This document shows, in pieces, positions 59,406 to 64,000 of a stretch of 64,000 bases of DNA. Each line of letters opens with the position of its first letter. Position 1 is the stretch's first letter. Source of the DNA: an uncultured Anaerolineales bacterium (GTDB lineage: Bacteria; Chloroflexota; Anaerolineae; Anaerolineales; UBA11858). The stretch is taken from the NCBI GenBank assembly GCA_964627755.1, contig CAZVIH010000064.1:29383-93382 (forward strand). Reading direction: 5' to 3'. Under the pieces are notes generated by a model. That model saw only the letters and a list, made by a program, of their open reading frames with translations. It made no database searches and was not told the origin of the DNA. The position numbers and the translations under genes were made by a program.

Positions 59406-60416
59406 ATGGCATTTTTATCGCAGGATTTTGGGATTGATCTAGGCACGTATTACACCATGATCGCTGAAGAAGGTGTCTTGCTCGAACGCTGGCCTACCGT
59501 GGCAGCTATTGCTATTGATGAACAGAAGATCGTAGAATTCGGCCAGGCTGCCAAGGATATGTTTGGACGTGTACCAGACTCTCTTGAAATATCACAACCC
59601 TTAAAACACGGTGTTATCGCTGAGTTTGAAGTCACTATGTTGTTATTAGACCGGATGATCAAAAAAGTAACTGGTCCGGTCCGTTTAGTTCGTCCCCGGA
59701 TCATGGTGACAGTGCCATATGGAGTGACAAGCGTGGAAAGCAGGGCAATTCAGGAAGCGGTCCTCGAGGCCGGAGCCCGTGAGGTTTTCTTAATTCCACA
59801 GCCACTGGCGGCTGCTATTGGCATGGATTTACCCATCAACACACCTACTGGCAATATGATCCTCAATATGGGCGGCGGAGCAACCCAGGCAGCTGTCCTT
59901 GCGATGTATGGGATTGTTTCTGCTGGAACATTGAGGAAAGGTGGCGCAGACTTGGACGACGCCATTTCAACATATGTAAGACGAAAATATGGCCTGGTAA
60001 TCGCACAACCAACGGCTGAAAGGATCAAACTGGAAATTGGCGCAGCGGTATCCATGGAAGAAAAATCGGGAATCGAGGTTCAGGGTCAGGATCAAGTTAC
60101 AGGTCTTCCCCAGCCGCTAACATTAACAACGGGAGAGATCGTTGAGGCTTTACAGGATCCTCTCAAGGAAATCATTGAAACTGCTCGAAAAGTTCTCGAA
60201 AAAACTCCACCGGAACTCGTAGCAGATATCATTGACCGGGGTATTGCTCTCAGCGGGGGTTCAGCTCTGCTTCCCGGGATGGAAAGACTATTAACCAAAG
60301 AATTAGGTGTGCCTACATACCTGGTCGATAATCCCACAACCTGTGTTGTTGAAGGTGCATCCAGAGCTTTTGCTCCAGGCATTTTCCCGAAAATTAGGCG
60401 GAACCTTATTTCTTGA
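59406..60416 (+). CDS. mreB: MreB/Mbl-like actin-family protein (divergent)
   Basis: GIDLGT, GVIAEF, AERIK, TPPELVADI, LSGGSALL. Confidence 0.85.
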   Translation: MAFLSQDFGIDLGTYYTMIAEEGVLLERWPTVAAIAIDEQKIVEFGQAAKDMFGRVPDSLEISQPLKHGVIAEFEVTMLLLDRMIKKVTGPVRLVRPRIMVTVPYGVTSVESRAIQEAVLEAGAREVFLIPQPLAAAIGMDLPINTPTGNMILNMGGGATQAAVLAMYGIVSAGTLRKGGADLDDAISTYVRRKYGLVIAQPTAERIKLEIGAAVSMEEKSGIEVQGQDQVTGLPQPLTLTTGEIVEALQDPLKEIIETARKVLEKTPPELVADIIDRGIALSGGSALLPGMERLLTKELGVPTYLVDNPTTCVVEGASRAFAPGIFPKIRRNLIS

Positions 60417-60440
60417 GTTAAGCTACAGCTTAAAAGAATA

Positions 60441-60471
60441 AAACCTGTAACCGGATATTGGTTACAGGTTT
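60441..60471. terminator. Bidirectional intrinsic terminator
   Basis: AAACCTGTAACC/GGTTACAGGTTT stem between convergent mreB and rex. Confidence 0.8.
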
Positions 60472-60495
60472 CCTATTTATAAAGCATGAATTAAT

Positions 60496-61113
60496 TTACT
60501 TCAGGAAATAACTGAGTTTTTGAAGGTGGACCGCAGGATCGATATGTTCGATTTGCACACCATCTGGTGTTTTGATATAGATAGGGGCATAGTTCAGAAT
60601 TGCAGTAATGCCAACAACAACCAGATCATCGATCACATCCTGAGCGAATTCAGCGGGAATAGCAAGAACTGCGATCTGAATACGGTTTTCCGCCACATAA
60701 TCGCACATTTCCCGGAGATCTTTGACAACCAGATTACCGATTTTTCGGCCAATCTTCTGGGGATCGATATCAAAGATTGCAGCAACCCGGAAGCCCCGAT
60801 TAAAAAAACCCTTGTATCTGGCCAGGCCACTGCCTAAATCTCCTGCGCCAATCACGATCATATCCCAGACATTATCAGTGTTCAGGATCTGATTCAATTT
60901 ACAGGTAAGAAATTCGATCTCGTACCCTTTGCCACGTTTACCCAGTTCTCCAAAATGGGAAAGATCTTTCCGGATCTGGGCTGCAGAAATGTCCAAAAGT
61001 TTCCCCAGCTCCCGGGAAGATGCAAAATTGTAACCATCTTTCTTTAACCTGTTTAAAGCTCTCAGATAAAGAGGAAGCCGACCAATAATAATACGGGGGA
61101 TTTGATGAACCAT
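60496..61113 (-). CDS. rex: Redox-sensing transcriptional repressor Rex
   Basis: RLPLYLR, QIRKDLSHFG, GKRGKGY, GAGDLG, ILNYAP. Confidence 0.95.
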   Translation of the reverse strand: MVHQIPRIIIGRLPLYLRALNRLKKDGYNFASSRELGKLLDISAAQIRKDLSHFGELGKRGKGYEIEFLTCKLNQILNTDNVWDMIVIGAGDLGSGLARYKGFFNRGFRVAAIFDIDPQKIGRKIGNLVVKDLREMCDYVAENRIQIAVLAIPAEFAQDVIDDLVVVGITAILNYAPIYIKTPDGVQIEHIDPAVHLQKLSYFLK

Positions 61114-61156
61114 ATTTTTCCCGGAATAATACAAATAATAGGATGATTTGAGGAGC

Positions 61157-61174
61157 TTGTGAGAATTTTTACAA
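61157..61174. promoter_or_regulatory. Putative Rex operator upstream of rex (autoregulation)
   Basis: TTGTGAG-AATT-TTTACAA; 2 mismatches to TTGTGAA-N4-TTCACAA. Confidence 0.65.
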
Positions 61175-61205
61175 TTTTACCATAATAGAACACGTAAATT
61201 GAGAA

Positions 61206-61214
61206 TGGTATAAT
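61206..61214 (+). promoter_or_regulatory. Extended -10 promoter for obgE-nadD
   Basis: TGgTATAAT about 120 nt upstream of obgE. Confidence 0.45.
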
Positions 61215-61334
61215 TGCCTGGAAAAGATACTTTTTTCAGTCTGGAACCAGGTCTGATATGGGGAAAAAACCTCTTGCCAGCGGATCTTAGCCGAAAGGAC
61301 ACATCCAGTATACGTATCGAGGATATAGCTATTT

Positions 61335-62612
61335 ATGTATTTTGATGAAGTAGTGATAGAAGTCTCCGGTGGGAAAGGTGGCGATGGAGTCATCCAGTTC
61401 CGCCGTGAAAAATATGTACCTCGAGGTGGTCCCGATGGCGGTGATGGTGGACACGGGGGAGCTGTTATCTTGCAGGTGGATCCACACGAGAATACCCTTT
61501 CGGAATTTCGGCATCAAAGGGAATTTAAAGCCCAGGACGGTTTCAAAGGTAAAGGAAAGAACCAGACCGGGGCATCCGGGGAAGATCTGATTATCAAAGT
61601 CCCACCTGGGACAATGGTGTTCGATCAAGAGCAGGATTCTTTCCTGAGTGATTTGGTTGAAGTTGGGCAAGAGCTTGTTATTTGTAAGGGTGGTCGTGGG
61701 GGACGAGGTAATACGCGGTTCAAAACTTCAAAGAATAAAGCTCCCAGGATAGCAGAAAAAGGCGAGCCCCCCGAACAGAGAACTATAAGACTTGAATTGA
61801 AATTGATTGCTGATGTTGGTATTATCGGGGTTCCCAACGCAGGTAAATCCACCTTACTATCAGTGGTCAGCAACGCCAAACCAAAAATTGCTCCCTATCC
61901 GTTTACAACCCTTCAGCCGAACCTTGGTGTTGTGGAACTGGATGATGAGGTCCAGTTAATATTGGCTGATATTCCAGGATTGATCGAAGGCGCCCACCGG
62001 GGAGAGGGATTGGGGCATGATTTTCTGAAACATATTCAACGTACAAGGGTTTTAATCCATGTGCTGGATGGGCTTTCGGATGAACCCTTCCTGGATTTAG
62101 CCCAGATCAACTCTGAACTTGCTTTGTTTGATCCAGCCCTGGGAGATAAACCGCAGGTTGTAGTCTTGAACAAAATGGATCTACCGGAAGTGAAGGAAAA
62201 ATGGGAGAAGCTGAAACAACAGCTTAGTAAAAAAGGATACAAGGATATCTATGCAATCTCGGCTATCACCAACCAGGGAATTAAACCTATCCTGTACAGA
62301 GCTGCGCAATTACTTAAAGAGACTCCTGAATATGAATATCGAGTGAGTAGCGATGATGATAATATGCCAGTCTACAGATATGACAGCGACCCTCAGGAAT
62401 ATTTCATCCTGAAAACGGACAGGGGTTGGAGAATATCTGGTAAGGCCCTGGAACGCGCAGCGGCAATGACGTACTGGGAACATTTCCAATCGATCCGAAG
62501 GTTCCATAGAATTCTGGAAACAATGGGTGTTGATCGGGCATTAAGGAACGCTGGTGTTGTCCCGGGTGATACAGTGATGATCGGTGATCATGAATTGGAG
62601 TGGGAAGAGTGA
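61335..62612 (+). CDS. obgE: GTPase ObgE/CgtA
   Basis: RREKYVPRGGPDGGDGG, GVPNAGKST, YPFTT, DIPG, NKMD, C-terminal DUF1967-like domain. Confidence 0.97.
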   Translation: MYFDEVVIEVSGGKGGDGVIQFRREKYVPRGGPDGGDGGHGGAVILQVDPHENTLSEFRHQREFKAQDGFKGKGKNQTGASGEDLIIKVPPGTMVFDQEQDSFLSDLVEVGQELVICKGGRGGRGNTRFKTSKNKAPRIAEKGEPPEQRTIRLELKLIADVGIIGVPNAGKSTLLSVVSNAKPKIAPYPFTTLQPNLGVVELDDEVQLILADIPGLIEGAHRGEGLGHDFLKHIQRTRVLIHVLDGLSDEPFLDLAQINSELALFDPALGDKPQVVVLNKMDLPEVKEKWEKLKQQLSKKGYKDIYAISAITNQGIKPILYRAAQLLKETPEYEYRVSSDDDNMPVYRYDSDPQEYFILKTDRGWRISGKALERAAAMTYWEHFQSIRRFHRILETMGVDRALRNAGVVPGDTVMIGDHELEWEE

Positions 62613-63238
62613 AAAAATACCGGATCGGTTATTTTGGGGGAACTTTTGACCCGCCTCATCTGGGACATATCATCCTTGCAGCAGAATCCAAACATTACCT
62701 GGGCCTTGATAAGTTCAGATGGATCATTACTCCTGAACCTCCCCATAAAAAAGACCGGATCATCACTCCGGTTAGTAATCGACTGGAGATGCTTAAACTG
62801 GTAATAGCTGACCAGGGACTGTTTGAGATCTCTGAGGTTGATCTTCAGCGGGTACCTCCCCATTACGCAGCAGATACAGTGGAAATCCTGAAAAATGAAC
62901 ACCCCTCAGAAGAGTTGGTATACATTATTGGAGAGGACTCATTAAAGGATTTGCCCAATTGGTATGAAACTTCCCGGTTTTTAGCTACCATCGATCAACT
63001 GGCTGTAGCTCCCAGACCGGAAGTGACCACTGATCTGGGGCAATTGGAACATCTGCTCCCAGATTTGTCAGATAAAATAGTATTCATCCCGAATGTTATG
63101 ATTGAAATATCTTCTAGTGTGATCAGGAAGAGAGTAAGGGAGGGAGCTCCCTTTGAACATTTTTTGATCGATAGTGTGGCTGAATATATAAAAATGAACC
63201 GGCTTTATCTTGCTGAGAACGAAATTGAAAGTAGCTGA
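62609..63238 (+). CDS. nadD: Nicotinate-nucleotide adenylyltransferase
   Basis: GGTFDPPHLGH, PPHK, ISSSVIR; GTG start overlaps the obgE stop. Confidence 0.93.
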   Translation: MKKYRIGYFGGTFDPPHLGHIILAAESKHYLGLDKFRWIITPEPPHKKDRIITPVSNRLEMLKLVIADQGLFEISEVDLQRVPPHYAADTVEILKNEHPSEELVYIIGEDSLKDLPNWYETSRFLATIDQLAVAPRPEVTTDLGQLEHLLPDLSDKIVFIPNVMIEISSSVIRKRVREGAPFEHFLIDSVAEYIKMNRLYLAENEIESS

Positions 63239-63261
63239 AGGTTCTATTCTGAAGAGGTGAT

Positions 63262-64000
63262 ATGGCATTTCAAACCATCCTGTCCGCTGGGGACTTGAAA
63301 AAGAATTTGGATAATCCTGATTGGGCGATCATGGATTGCCGTTTTGATCTTCAGGAACCGGAGCTGGGATACCAGGAATACTTGGCCGGGCATATTCCCG
63401 GATCGCTGTATATTAATCTGGACCGGGACCTTTCTGGTGAAATCATTCCCGGAAAAACAGGACGACATCCGCTGCCTGATATTAATGTTTTTTGTGAACG
63501 GTTATCATCCTGGGGAATTGATAACTCAATCCAGGTGGTTGTTTATGATAATAATAACGGTGGATTAGCTGCCAGATTATGGTGGCTGCTGCGCTGGTTA
63601 GGTCATAATAAAGTTGCTGTTTTAAACGGTGGATGGCCTGCTTGGGATATTGAGAAATTCCCGGTTGAAACAAAGGAGTCCACCAGAGCGCCGAGAGAAT
63701 TCACTCCGACAGAAAACCCCCAATTTATCGTCGACGCAGAATTTGTTGAGAAGATCAGATTAGATCCAGATTACTTGCTTGTGGATTCCAGAGCGGCTGA
63801 ACGATATTGGGGCATTAACGAAACCACAGATCCAATAGCAGGCCATATCCCGGGTGCTGTGACTGCTCCCTTTGCAGGTAATCTGGATGATCAGGGATTC
63901 TTCCTAAAAACTAAGCAATTAAAGGAACGATTTGAGATTTTACTGGAAGGTATTCCTGCCGAGAATGTTGTCTTTTATTGCGGTTCAGGAGTAACAGCAA
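63262..64000 (+). CDS. Tandem-rhodanese sulfurtransferase (SseA/MST-like); runs off the window
   Basis: Manual translation MAFQTILS...DCRFDL...GHIPG...GRHPLP...RLWW...GHIPGA...VFYCGSGVTA (active-site loop); GAGGTG RBS. Confidence 0.9.
   Translation, partial: MAFQTILSAGDLKKNLDNPDWAIMDCRFDLQEPELGYQEYLAGHIPGSLYINLDRDLSGEIIPGKTGRHPLPDINVFCERLSSWGIDNSIQVVVYDNNNGGLAARLWWLLRWLGHNKVAVLNGGWPAWDIEKFPVETKESTRAPREFTPTENPQFIVDAEFVEKIRLDPDYLLVDSRAAERYWGINETTDPIAGHIPGAVTAPFAGNLDDQGFFLKTKQLKERFEILLEGIPAENVVFYCGSGVTA

Noticed and set aside
63262-63300. Apparent frameshift near the sulfurtransferase start
   Set aside because: Recounting GCT GGG GAC TTG shows the frame is continuous; the ORF is missing from the track only because it runs off the window.

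Overview
Gene-dense 64 kb chromosomal window from an anaerobic bacterium. The protein families (NBR1-Ig and SH3 lipoproteins, a Tat-exported L,D-transpeptidase, the AtpA insertion) suggest Chloroflexota, class Anaerolineae; this is an inference. I recognised no rRNA, tRNA, CRISPR array or mobile element. Housekeeping content includes pst/phoU, pgl, tkt-rpiB-tal, smpB, yebC-ruvC-ruvA, an F1-only atpAGDC with mreB, rex and obgE-nadD. Four items stand out. (1) An 11 kb minus-strand energy-conservation cluster joins HdrCBA-MvhDGA (group 3c [NiFe]-hydrogenase) and its maturation protease to a b6f-type Rieske/cytochrome b complex, whose cytochrome b carries a fused mini heme-c motif, and to a translationally coupled EMO/FadF-like membrane heme-b/CCG oxidoreductase. 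Rex-like operators lie upstream. (2) A HesB/IscA-like selenoprotein is split by the ORF caller at an in-frame UGA that is followed by a SECIS-like hairpin. (3) An apparently leaderless operon encodes a cysteine hydrolase, a TrxB-like flavoprotein without CxxC, and a truncated RlmN-like radical SAM enzyme lacking the resolving cysteine. (4) An MreB paralogue has altered catalytic residues. All protein calls come from motif recognition by eye; no database searches were run.
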